From contig DATGXD010000317.1 of assembly GCA_035299105.1 (NCBI GenBank), positions 1-21,555 of the forward strand: a stretch of 21,555 nt of DNA. Reading direction: 5' to 3'. This document shows, piece after piece, positions 6,940 to 14,436 of this stretch. Every line of letters starts with the position of its first letter. Positions within the stretch are counted from its first letter, which is position 1. A program made the translations under genes and the position numbers. A model generated the notes under the pieces. It was not told where the DNA came from and searched no databases. It saw only the letters and a list, made by a program, of their open reading frames with translations. Source of the DNA: Paludibacter sp. GTDB taxonomy: Bacteria; Bacteroidota; Bacteroidia; Bacteroidales; Paludibacteraceae.

Positions 6940-8070
6940 GTGCAGACGAGTTTTATCCCTTCCCCTTGCTACGTCCTCGACGAAGCCTTATTCCGCAAAA
7001 ACCTGGAGCTCATCAAATCGGTAAAAGACCGTGCCGGCGTGGAAATTATCCTGGCTTTCAAGGCTTTTGCCATGTGGAGCGTTTTCCCCATAGTGCGCGA
7101 ATATATCCCGTATTCCACCGCCAGTTCGCTGGCCGAGGCACGGCTGGCTTTCGAGGAAATGGGAAGCAAGGCTCACACCTACGGCCCGGCGTACACTGAC
7201 CGCGAATTCCCGGAAATCATGCGGTGTAGCAGCCACATTACGTTTAATTCACTGAATCAGTTCAATCATTTTTTTCCTCAGGCTCAGCAGGCGGGAATTT
7301 CCTGCGGATTACGCATTAACCCTGAATTCTCTGATGTAGGTACCGACCTCTACAATCCCTGTGCCCCCGGCTCAAGGTTGGGCGTGGTTGCTGGTTTGCT
7401 TGGCGACAAACTGCCCGAAGGCATTGAAGGATTGCATTTCCACACGCTTTGCGAATCCTCATCGTACGACCTGGAAAAAACGCTGGCAGTGGTGGAAGAG
7501 AAATTCGGTAAATACTTCGGCCAGATCAAATGGCTCAACATGGGTGGCGGCCACCTGATGACACGCGAAGGCTATGATGTGGAGCATTTAATCCGCTTGC
7601 TGGAAGACTTCAATGCTAAATACCCCCACTTGCAATTGATTCTGGAACCCGGAAGCGCTTTTGCCTGGCGTACAGGGGTGCTGGTTTCCTCAGTTATTGA
7701 TATTGTCGAAAATCATGGAATTAAAACGGCCGTGCTTGATGTTTCGTTCTCGTGCCATATGCCCGATTGCCTCGAAATGCCTTACAAACCGGCCATTGTC
7801 GGCGCAACCGATGCCGCCGAGGGCAAACCGACCTACAGGCTGGGCGGAAACAGTTGCCTGGCTGGCGATTTTATGGGCGATTGGTCGTTCGACCGCGAAC
7901 TTAGAATCGGCGACCGCGTTGTTTTCGAAGACATGATTCATTACACCATGGTGAAAACAACCATGTTCAACGGTGTTACTCATCCTTCCATCGGCATTTG
8001 GACCAAAGGAGGTGAATTTAAACTTATCCGGGAATTCGGATACGAAGATTACAAAAACAGGATGAGTTAA
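6940..8070 (+). CDS. nspC: Carboxy(nor)spermidine decarboxylase
   Basis: 376 aa. The N-terminus IPSPCYVLDEALFRKNLELI and the length are typical of NspC (PLP-dependent, alanine racemase fold). The only canonical start is GTG at 6940, because an in-frame TAA at 6922..6924 blocks any upstream start. Confidence 0.88.
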   Translation: MQTSFIPSPCYVLDEALFRKNLELIKSVKDRAGVEIILAFKAFAMWSVFPIVREYIPYSTASSLAEARLAFEEMGSKAHTYGPAYTDREFPEIMRCSSHITFNSLNQFNHFFPQAQQAGISCGLRINPEFSDVGTDLYNPCAPGSRLGVVAGLLGDKLPEGIEGLHFHTLCESSSYDLEKTLAVVEEKFGKYFGQIKWLNMGGGHLMTREGYDVEHLIRLLEDFNAKYPHLQLILEPGSAFAWRTGVLVSSVIDIVENHGIKTAVLDVSFSCHMPDCLEMPYKPAIVGATDAAEGKPTYRLGGNSCLAGDFMGDWSFDRELRIGDRVVFEDMIHYTMVKTTMFNGVTHPSIGIWTKGGEFKLIREFGYEDYKNRMS

Positions 8071-8098
8071 CCCCCTGGTTTTTAAAAGACAAATAAAT

Positions 8099-8509
8099 AT
8101 GGAGCTGAGATTGCGTATAGACTGGAGCGAACTGGATGCATTGGGGCACGTGAATAATCTCCAGATTATGAAGTACGTACAGTCGGCCCGTGTCAATTAC
8201 CTGGATAAGGTGGATCTGCTGGAAATGCATGCCGATGGGAAAATCGGCGTTATCCTGGCTTCTATACATACACAATTCCTGAAACCTTTGTTTTTCCCTG
8301 GGGATGTGGCTGTTTTTTCGAGGATTGAATATGTCAAGACATCGAGTTTCAAGCTTTTGCACGAGATTTACAATGACAAGAACGAGCTGGTTGCAGAAGC
8401 CACCGACATCTTGGTCATGTACGACTACCACAAAGGGCATAAAGTCCCCGTGCCGGATGTGTTGAGGAAAAAATTCGAGGAGCTGGAAAAAAGAATCCTG
8501 AATTTGTAG
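8099..8509 (+). CDS. Acyl-CoA thioesterase, hotdog fold (4HBT/YbgC-like)
   Basis: 136 aa with an N-terminal RIDWSELDALGHVNN motif (catalytic Asp context of 4HBT-type thioesterases). It lies 28 nt downstream of nspC on the same strand. Confidence 0.75.
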   Translation: MELRLRIDWSELDALGHVNNLQIMKYVQSARVNYLDKVDLLEMHADGKIGVILASIHTQFLKPLFFPGDVAVFSRIEYVKTSSFKLLHEIYNDKNELVAEATDILVMYDYHKGHKVPVPDVLRKKFEELEKRILNL

Positions 8510-8533
8510 GCTTTATCGAAAGATAATTCTTTG

Positions 8534-8541
8534 TACATTTG
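8534..8541 (+). promoter_or_regulatory. Candidate -7 promoter box for the small membrane protein gene
   Basis: TACATTTG sits inside TTGTACATTTGCAT, a 14-mer that recurs identically at the S8 promoter (14406..14419). Confidence 0.45.
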
Positions 8542-8587
8542 CATGGTCTCTGAAACATTATTGTTTATCCTTTAAATTTATTCAAAG

Positions 8588-8806
8588 ATGGAAAGATGTG
8601 AATATCTTGCAACAACATTCTGGTGGTTGATTCCTCTCGTTGTTGCGTTGGCTTTGTGGGACATCGTGTGGAAAGTAATCGGGATGTGGAGGGCTGCCCG
8701 CAACAACGAACTCGCCTGGTTTATTTGTATTGCCGTTTTCAATACCATGGGCATTCTGCCGATTATCTATCTGCTGCTGAATAGAAGGAAAGCGGGGAAT
8801 CCCTGA
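8588..8806 (+). CDS. Small two-TM membrane protein (DUF5652-like)
   Basis: 72 aa with two clear hydrophobic helices (WWLIPLVVALALW and FICIAVFNTMGILPIIYLLL) separated by the basic loop WRAARNNE. It has its own TAnnTTTG box upstream. Confidence 0.55.
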   Translation: MERCEYLATTFWWLIPLVVALALWDIVWKVIGMWRAARNNELAWFICIAVFNTMGILPIIYLLLNRRKAGNP

Positions 8807-8941
8807 AAATTCCCGGCGGATGTCATCTGTCTTGTTTTTGGAGGAAGCCTGGTTTCGCTCGGGCAACTGGTTTCAGGCCTGTCCTGGTGACCACAAACTT
8901 CGGGAGGGAAATATCCTGGCTTTGTGTTCGGTTTGCGTGTT

Positions 8942-10843
8942 TTAATAGATGATATGCAGTTTCATGTTTTCGTTTTCGGCAATTTGCCCATTGTCGACCA
9001 TAAACCGGATAACCTGCAAAACTTGTGGCTCCTTATAAGGAATTGATTTTACTATCTTGTTGATTGTCAATGGTTCTTCTGCCAGGATTTGCCGGATGCA
9101 CATGAGCATTTTTTCAAAATCTTCAGCCGAAACTTGTTTCTCCTTGTTTTTCAGGCAAATGTCGCAAACACCACAAGGCTTCGAATTTTTTTCACCGAAG
9201 TAGCTTAGCAACATTTGGCTGCGGCACACATTTTCCTCCTTGGCGTAATCGAGCATATTTTTCACGCGCGCAATGTACCGTTCGCGGCGGTCATCGTAGG
9301 CTTCTTTATTTAAAACAACCCGTTCGATGGCTTCACGTTCGTGTGTGAAAGTCAGGTAGGGCGTTTTCTTCCGCGGAACGTAGGATATGATTCTTGCCTT
9401 TGACAAGCCCACCAATTGTTCATATACCTGGTGTTGTGTCCATTGCAGGCGCTTGGCAAGCGTGTCTTCGCTTATGGCTGCCGGGTCGGTGAACAAGCCG
9501 GTGTAGGAACGGAGCAGGATGTGGATAAGTTGGTCTTGTTCGGGCGTGAGTTTCGCTTTGTACAAATCCTCTTTCCCGGCTATAAACAACACACGCGATG
9601 TGCTGTCTTGTTCATCGGTCAATTCCAAGTAACCTGCTTGCTGCATGATTTTCAGGCTGTTGTATGCAATTAAAATGGGCAGTTTGAATTTCGAGCAGAA
9701 ATCGGCGATATCAAACGCAAAGACCTTGTCCAGCCCCGAACCAACGCCGGCCTGAAAATAATTTCCCACTGCATCGTACACTTTCAGCACCGTTTCCTTC
9801 CCCGGGAAGGTGTCCGAAACGCGTTTGCGCATTTTTACCGCATCGCCATTGTTGTAAAGCAAGGCTGCATATGCTTTTTTCTCATCGCGTCCGGCACGCC
9901 CGGCTTCCTGGAAATAAGCTTCGAGCGAATCGGGCAAATCCATATGCACCACAGTGCGCACCGTGGCTTTGTCAATTCCCATCCCGAAGGCGTTTGTCGA
10001 TACGATCACCCGTGTCTCGCCCGATTTCCAGCGGCTTTGCCTGCTGTCCTTGGTGTCGTTTCTCAGTCCGGCATGGTAACTTTCGGCCGAAATACCGTTT
10101 TGAATCAGGAATTCGGCAATTTCCCTGGTTCTTTTCCGGTTCCGGACATACACCACCGACGTCCCGGGAACCTTTTCCAGTATTTTCAGCAGGTAATCTT
10201 CCTTGTTTTCCACTGTGCGTACCACGTATGCCAGGTTGGATCGATGAAAGCTTTTGCGGAACACATTGGGTTGTCGGAAATGCAATTGTTTCTGTATGTC
10301 GCCTACCACTTCGGGTGTGGCGGTGGCGGTAAGCGCCAACACGGGTACATCGGGTAGCAGCTCGCGGATGTCTGCAATGCGGAGGTAGGACGGGCGGAAA
10401 TCGTAACCCCATTGCGAAATGCAATGCGATTCGTCCACGGCAATCATGCACACGTTGGCCTGAACGATTTTCTCCATGAAAATGGGCGTGGCCAGGCGTT
10501 CGGGCGAAACGTAAAGGAATTTGTAGGCTTCGAAAACCGCATTGTCGAGTGTAAGAAGGATTTCGTCGCGCGACATTCCCGAATAAATGGCAGCGGCAGT
10601 TATTCCCTTGTTTTTCAAGTTTTCCACCTGGTCTTTCATTAATGCAATCAGTGGAGTTACCACAATGCAGATTCCTTTCATGGCCATGGCTGGTACCTGG
10701 AAAGTCAGCGATTTCCCGCCCCCGGTAGGCATAAGCCCCAGCGTGTCTTTGCCTGAGGCAATGCTTTGGATAATGTCACCCTGCAACGGCCTGAACTGGT
10801 CGTAACCCCAGTACCGTTTGAGAATTTCGATGAATTTTTCCAT
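8942..10843 (-). CDS. recQ: RecQ-family ATP-dependent DNA helicase (633 aa)
   Basis: Walker A MPTGGGKSL, DEAH-type box DESHCISQWGYDFRPSY, then LTATA and YFQEAGRAGRD, and a C-terminal CGVCDIC zinc motif. I place the start at ATG 10843 (MEKFIEILKRYWGYDQFRPLQ), not at the track's 10978. The 45-codon extension is not RecQ-like and contains the predicted promoter box. Confidence 0.9.
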   Translation of the reverse strand: MEKFIEILKRYWGYDQFRPLQGDIIQSIASGKDTLGLMPTGGGKSLTFQVPAMAMKGICIVVTPLIALMKDQVENLKNKGITAAAIYSGMSRDEILLTLDNAVFEAYKFLYVSPERLATPIFMEKIVQANVCMIAVDESHCISQWGYDFRPSYLRIADIRELLPDVPVLALTATATPEVVGDIQKQLHFRQPNVFRKSFHRSNLAYVVRTVENKEDYLLKILEKVPGTSVVYVRNRKRTREIAEFLIQNGISAESYHAGLRNDTKDSRQSRWKSGETRVIVSTNAFGMGIDKATVRTVVHMDLPDSLEAYFQEAGRAGRDEKKAYAALLYNNGDAVKMRKRVSDTFPGKETVLKVYDAVGNYFQAGVGSGLDKVFAFDIADFCSKFKLPILIAYNSLKIMQQAGYLELTDEQDSTSRVLFIAGKEDLYKAKLTPEQDQLIHILLRSYTGLFTDPAAISEDTLAKRLQWTQHQVYEQLVGLSKARIISYVPRKKTPYLTFTHEREAIERVVLNKEAYDDRRERYIARVKNMLDYAKEENVCRSQMLLSYFGEKNSKPCGVCDICLKNKEKQVSAEDFEKMLMCIRQILAEEPLTINKIVKSIPYKEPQVLQVIRFMVDNGQIAENENMKLHIIY

Positions 10844-10881
10844 GCAGGGAATCAATGAAGCTTTTTTTGATTTTTGAAAAA

Positions 10882-10889
10882 CAAATGTA
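10882..10889 (-). promoter_or_regulatory. Candidate -7 promoter box for recQ
   Basis: The minus strand reads TTTGTACATTTG, which contains TAnnTTTG, 38 nt upstream of ATG 10843. Confidence 0.45.
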
Positions 10890-10904
10890 CAAATAAGTTT
10901 CCTT

Positions 10905-10941
10905 AAAAAACCGCGGGAATACGTGTTAAAACGTATTCCCG
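10905..10941 (-). terminator. Rho-independent terminator of the double-TonB_C gene
   Basis: GGGAATACGT (10915..10924) and ACGTATTCCC (10931..10940) form a 10-bp stem that is extendable by C10914-G10941. On the minus strand it is followed by a U6 run (plus-strand AAAAAA at 10905..10910). Confidence 0.7.
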
Positions 10942-11002
10942 TCAAGCATCTGTCCTGGAATTTCCCGCAAGAAACCAATTCCCTTTCACCGCTTGGGATT
11001 AC

Positions 11003-12214
11003 TCATTCCGCTGTTTCCATCACAATCACCCCGTTTACGGCATCTTTCCCGTATTCTTTAACCAGTTTTTTAATAACTTCCTTGTTGGTGGGTTCATGTT
11101 TTTTCATGGACGACAAACCCATGTAGTTCACCCAATCGGGGTTAAAGGAAGCTGGCAAACGCACACCATCAAGCAAGATAATTGTTTTCGCATTCCGTTC
11201 CCAGCCTCTTTCGGCAGGAGTTAAATCCAACCTGAAATTGACGGGCACCACCCCAACGAAACTGACTTTTTCGCCACAGGCAGAGCCGGGCGTAAATGCT
11301 GGTAATGAGCTTATTATTCGCATGGCTTCCTTGTCCAGGAAATAATCCGCAGGCTTAATCACTTTTGCGGCAGTCACTTGTCCATTGGTGTCGACGGCAA
11401 ATGCCACCAACACTTTTCCTTCGGTTTTTGTCCGTTTGGCCACAAAGGGATATTGGATGCTGTCTTTGATGTATTTGAACAGTCTTGCTTTTCCTCCTTC
11501 GAATTCGGGTGCGATAATCGATTCCTTGCAGTTGGCGCTTTTCACCGAGTCGGTCAATAAAAACCGCAAGTCGTCTTTTAGGGTTTTAATCAAGACAACC
11601 CCATCTGCCGCCTGTTTGCCGTATTTCTTAATCAAGCTGTTTTTCTCTTCTTTTGGGAAAGGTTTGGACACGGTCACCGATTCGAGTTTCGCGCTGTTCA
11701 GGATGTTGGTTTTGAAGCCTGTTGGCATGGCCACGCTGTCGATTATAACCAGCGTTTTTTCGGAAACTTCCCAGCGTTCTTCATCGGTCAGGTTTTGGAA
11801 TTGTACCGGAACGACTTGGTAGACAGGTACTTTTGTGCCGTTTTGTTCGCCTGGAATCCATTTTGGCAGGCTTTCTACCAACCGGAGCGCTTCCTTGTCG
11901 AGCGATGGCGACACACCTTTCAGGATTTCGGCCTTTTCGGCCTTTCCGTTTTTCCCAACCACAAACCGAACGGTCACTTTTCCTTCCTCGTTGTTTTTCT
12001 GTGCCTCGGCGGGGTATTTGATATTACGTTTGAGATAGCTAAGTAATGCCTTGTCGCCTCCGGGAAATTCAGGCATTTTCTGAACCGCCGAATAAATTGT
12101 ATCTGCCTGGACAACAGTGTTAGTGGCTCTGGAGTTTCCACATACTACAAAAAACAGGGCGGCTAATAACCAAATTTTGTTGTGGAGAAGGCTTCTTTTT
12201 TTTAAAATATTCAT
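11003..12214 (-). CDS. Exported, possibly lipidated, protein with two TonB C-terminal domains, each followed by a plug-like beta module
   Basis: 403 aa. The signal peptide ends in FFVVCGN. There are two copies of the TonB_C signature (MPEFPGGDKALLSYLKRNIKYPAEAQ... and APEFEGGKARLFKYIKDSIQYPFVAK...). Each is followed by an xIIDSV/LLDGVxxP...YGxxAxxGVIxxxT segment that resembles the start of a TonB-dependent receptor plug. Confidence 0.8.
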   Translation of the reverse strand: MNILKKRSLLHNKIWLLAALFFVVCGNSRATNTVVQADTIYSAVQKMPEFPGGDKALLSYLKRNIKYPAEAQKNNEEGKVTVRFVVGKNGKAEKAEILKGVSPSLDKEALRLVESLPKWIPGEQNGTKVPVYQVVPVQFQNLTDEERWEVSEKTLVIIDSVAMPTGFKTNILNSAKLESVTVSKPFPKEEKNSLIKKYGKQAADGVVLIKTLKDDLRFLLTDSVKSANCKESIIAPEFEGGKARLFKYIKDSIQYPFVAKRTKTEGKVLVAFAVDTNGQVTAAKVIKPADYFLDKEAMRIISSLPAFTPGSACGEKVSFVGVVPVNFRLDLTPAERGWERNAKTIILLDGVRLPASFNPDWVNYMGLSSMKKHEPTNKEVIKKLVKEYGKDAVNGVIVMETAE

Positions 12215-12265
12215 GTTGGGTTAAAAGAAAATGGAATATTGGGTGAATATTAAGGTATTTCCCAG

Positions 12266-12273
12266 CAAATATA
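12266..12273 (-). promoter_or_regulatory. Candidate -7 promoter box for the double-TonB_C gene
   Basis: The minus strand reads TATATTTG, 51 nt upstream of ATG 12214 and downstream of the 20-bp palindrome. Confidence 0.4.
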
Positions 12274-12311
12274 CAATTATTATTAACGCTAAAGCAGGAT
12301 GTGCCGTGTGA

Positions 12312-12358
12312 CTAATAAAACTTTTCTAAAATTTTAAGTTTTAGAAAAGTTTTATTAG
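12312..12358. repeat. Perfect 20-bp inverted repeat with a 7-nt loop, between the M56 gene and the double-TonB_C gene
   Basis: CTAATAAAACTTTTCTAAAA (12312..12331), loop TTTTAAG, then TTTTAGAAAAGTTTTATTAG (12339..12358). It is the longest perfect palindrome I found in the window. Confidence 0.9.
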
Positions 12359-12374
12359 GTATTGATGTGAAATG

Positions 12375-13907
12375 CTATTTTTTCAATGTGATTTCGATAA
12401 CTCCGTTCAAAGCATCCTGCCCATACTTTTCAACCTGCCCCTTTTGTTCTTCCTCCGAAAAAACCTTGATTACAACCATTTTTGCCATATTGCTGGGGTT
12501 GATGTTTTTGCTGATATCATAACCGGCCGGCATTTGTTTGCCATCCACCAGTACTACCGGGTTATGCCTTGCATTTCCGGAGTCCAATGTGAAACCGATT
12601 GGCAAGGTATAATGTACTGAAACTTTTTCCCCTTTTTGTTCACCGGGAGTCCATTGTGGCATCGAATTCACTACCCGCAAGGCTTCTGCATCAATTTCAG
12701 GACTTACATTCTTAATTATTTCGGCATTCTCAATTTTTCCCACACTGTTGACGACAAACTGGACAAATACTTTACCTTGTATGCCATTTTCTTGTGCCTT
12801 TATCGGGTATTTGATATTTTGACTCAAATATTTCATCAATGCATCCATGCCTCCTGGATATTCCGGCAGCTTTTCGCAAACATCATAAACCTGGTTTTTG
12901 GTTGGTGTCTGCGTGTTGGGTTCGGTAAGTTCCGGGGAAGGGGTGGTGGTTGACAGGAAATTTTTCTTTTGTAGTGCTTCTGGCTGGGTTTTAACTGCCT
13001 GGTTTGTGGTGTTTCCTGTTGTGCGCCTGGTCTTGGTTGCTCCAGTCTGGGCATTGCTTATGAATATTAAAGCCATTGCCAACGGCACGATAAGCGAGTA
13101 TTTCAATAGTCCCGCTTTCGAAGTTTTTTGTTTGTTCATCATAGTGATTCTTTTTTTTAAAGGTAGTATATTGAAATTGTTTGTAAATTTAATATCAGGC
13201 TGTTGGCATGACAGCTTGAGCAAGTGGTATTGGTAAGCTTTTGAATCGACACCCGATTCGACTACCTTATTGTCGGCTATGAATTCCAGGTTTTGCCGTA
13301 TCTCCTGCCGTAGCAGCCATACAAAAGGGTTTGTCCAGAAAAATACCAGCATTAATTCGGATATGATAACATCCACGGAATGAGCCTGTTTTACATGGAT
13401 GGATTCGTGTGCCAGTATTTCCTTCAATTCGGTTTCGGTATGCAAGGTTGGATTGACAAAAATCCACCGGGCGAATGAGAATGGTGCGATATCTTGATGC
13501 AGTTCGATGACTTTTGTATCGAAAAGCATTCTTTCTCTTCCGCCTTTCCGCATGTTTGCAATATTGGTCAGCCGCACCAGGAAGCGAATGATAAGCGCCA
13601 GGCCAACCAATGCATATACCGCCACCAAAACAGACTCGGCATTCCACGCAAATGAAGATTTTGCCGGGGCGATGTAAATTTCCGGCAGCACGGCGGCGTT
13701 TGCAACGACAGTTGGGACTATCTCATGTTTCACAAACCAGCTGTTCAGGTTGGCCATGGGCAGGAACAATGAAAACAGGAAGCTGAATTGCAGGTATATT
13801 CGTTTCGTTTGCAGGAATGTGTCCTGTGCCAAAAGAAACTTGTAGCATGCGTAAAACAAGGATAACGCTATGTTTACAACAATAAAATGAAGTGCTGCCT
13901 GTGTCAT
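12375..13907 (-). CDS. M56 family (BlaR1/MecR1-like) membrane metallopeptidase fused to a TonB_C plus plug-like module
   Basis: 510 aa with N-terminal TM helices, the zinc motif HESIHVKQAH, a T/P/N-rich linker, then LPEYPGGMDALMKYLSQNIKYPIKAQ (TonB_C) and VLVDGKQMP...YGQDALNGVIEITLKK. It overlaps blaI by 4 nt (ATGA). Confidence 0.88.
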   Translation of the reverse strand: MTQAALHFIVVNIALSLFYACYKFLLAQDTFLQTKRIYLQFSFLFSLFLPMANLNSWFVKHEIVPTVVANAAVLPEIYIAPAKSSFAWNAESVLVAVYALVGLALIIRFLVRLTNIANMRKGGRERMLFDTKVIELHQDIAPFSFARWIFVNPTLHTETELKEILAHESIHVKQAHSVDVIISELMLVFFWTNPFVWLLRQEIRQNLEFIADNKVVESGVDSKAYQYHLLKLSCQQPDIKFTNNFNILPLKKRITMMNKQKTSKAGLLKYSLIVPLAMALIFISNAQTGATKTRRTTGNTTNQAVKTQPEALQKKNFLSTTTPSPELTEPNTQTPTKNQVYDVCEKLPEYPGGMDALMKYLSQNIKYPIKAQENGIQGKVFVQFVVNSVGKIENAEIIKNVSPEIDAEALRVVNSMPQWTPGEQKGEKVSVHYTLPIGFTLDSGNARHNPVVLVDGKQMPAGYDISKNINPSNMAKMVVIKVFSEEEQKGQVEKYGQDALNGVIEITLKK

Positions 13908-14260
13908 TTGTTTTCGATGAGTTTAATGATTTCTTCCAGTTCTTCCTTGCTTATTTTCTGGTTTTCGGCGAAAAAGCTTACCAACCCTTTGTAGGAATTT
14001 TCAAAGTAATTCCGTACCACTCCCGACATGAATTTTGCCTTGTATTCGCTTTCGTCCATCACCGGCTCGTATTCGTATGTGTTGCCGTACCGCTTGCTTT
14101 TTACAAGTCCTTTCCGTTCCAGATTTTTTACAATCGAAGCCACCGTAGTGTAAGGCGGCCTTGGCTCGTCCAGCTTCGACAGAAAATCCTTGATAAAACC
14201 TTTGCCTTGCTGGTATATGACCAGCATCATTTCTTCTTCCTGGTTCGATATTTTTTCCAT
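13904..14260 (-). CDS. BlaI/MecI/CopY family transcriptional repressor
   Basis: 118 aa with a winged-helix region YTTVASIVKNLERKGLVKSKRYGNTYEYEP. Its position is typical, immediately upstream of and overlapping an M56 sensor gene. Confidence 0.88.
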   Translation of the reverse strand: MEKISNQEEEMMLVIYQQGKGFIKDFLSKLDEPRPPYTTVASIVKNLERKGLVKSKRYGNTYEYEPVMDESEYKAKFMSGVVRNYFENSYKGLVSFFAENQKISKEELEEIIKLIENK

Positions 14261-14311
14261 ATGCCTGTTCCTGGGAAATGCTTTTATTTATAATTATTTA
14301 CGAAAACATCG

Positions 14312-14319
14312 CAAATCTA
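14312..14319 (-). promoter_or_regulatory. Candidate -7 promoter box for the blaI-M56 operon
   Basis: The minus strand reads TAGATTTG, 51 nt upstream of ATG 14260. Its upstream edge overlaps the TACGAA-N3-TTCGTA palindrome. Confidence 0.45.
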
Positions 14320-14332
14320 CGAAAAGTTCGTA
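14318..14332. promoter_or_regulatory. Candidate BlaI-family operator (TACGAA-N3-TTCGTA) with an extra half-site at 14299..14306
   Basis: tacgaaaagttcgta is an inverted repeat with 6-bp arms and a 3-nt spacer. TACGAAAA is repeated directly at 14299..14306. Confidence 0.4.
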
Positions 14333-14389
14333 ATAAATATCCTTTCCTGGATTGGTTTTAAATATTTTTAAATATCAAGCCCAAGCGGG

Positions 14390-14408
14390 CAACATTATGA
14401 AAATGTTG
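14390..14408. promoter_or_regulatory. 7-bp inverted repeat CAACATT-N5-AATGTTG abutting the S8 promoter box
   Basis: caacattatgaaaatgttg ends 1 nt before the TACATTTG box and could be a regulator binding site. Confidence 0.3.
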
Positions 14409-14416
14409 TACATTTG
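14409..14416 (+). promoter_or_regulatory. Candidate -7 promoter box for the S8 peptidase gene
   Basis: TACATTTG ends 20 nt before ATG 14437. Confidence 0.5.
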
Positions 14417-14436
14417 CATAATAAACCCGGGATGAA

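Noticed and set aside
8849-8875. Direct repeat CTGGTTTC x2 in the spacer between the small membrane protein gene and recQ
   Set aside because: It is a short 8-mer repeat without a convincing hairpin or conserved-looking context, which is compatible with chance.
6510-10843. PD-(D/E)XK protein plus RecQ helicase as a nuclease-helicase defence pair
   Set aside because: Three unrelated genes separate them and they are on opposite strands. The RecQ has all housekeeping motifs and normal length, so nothing links them functionally.
10844-10978. 45-codon N-terminal extension of recQ given in the ORF track
   Set aside because: The extension (MVSCGKFQDRCLTGIRFNTYSRGFLRK...) is not RecQ-like. It contains the predicted -7 box (10882..10889) and overlaps the upstream gene's terminator hairpin. 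RecQ homology begins at MEKFIEILKRYWGYDQFRPLQ (ATG 10843).
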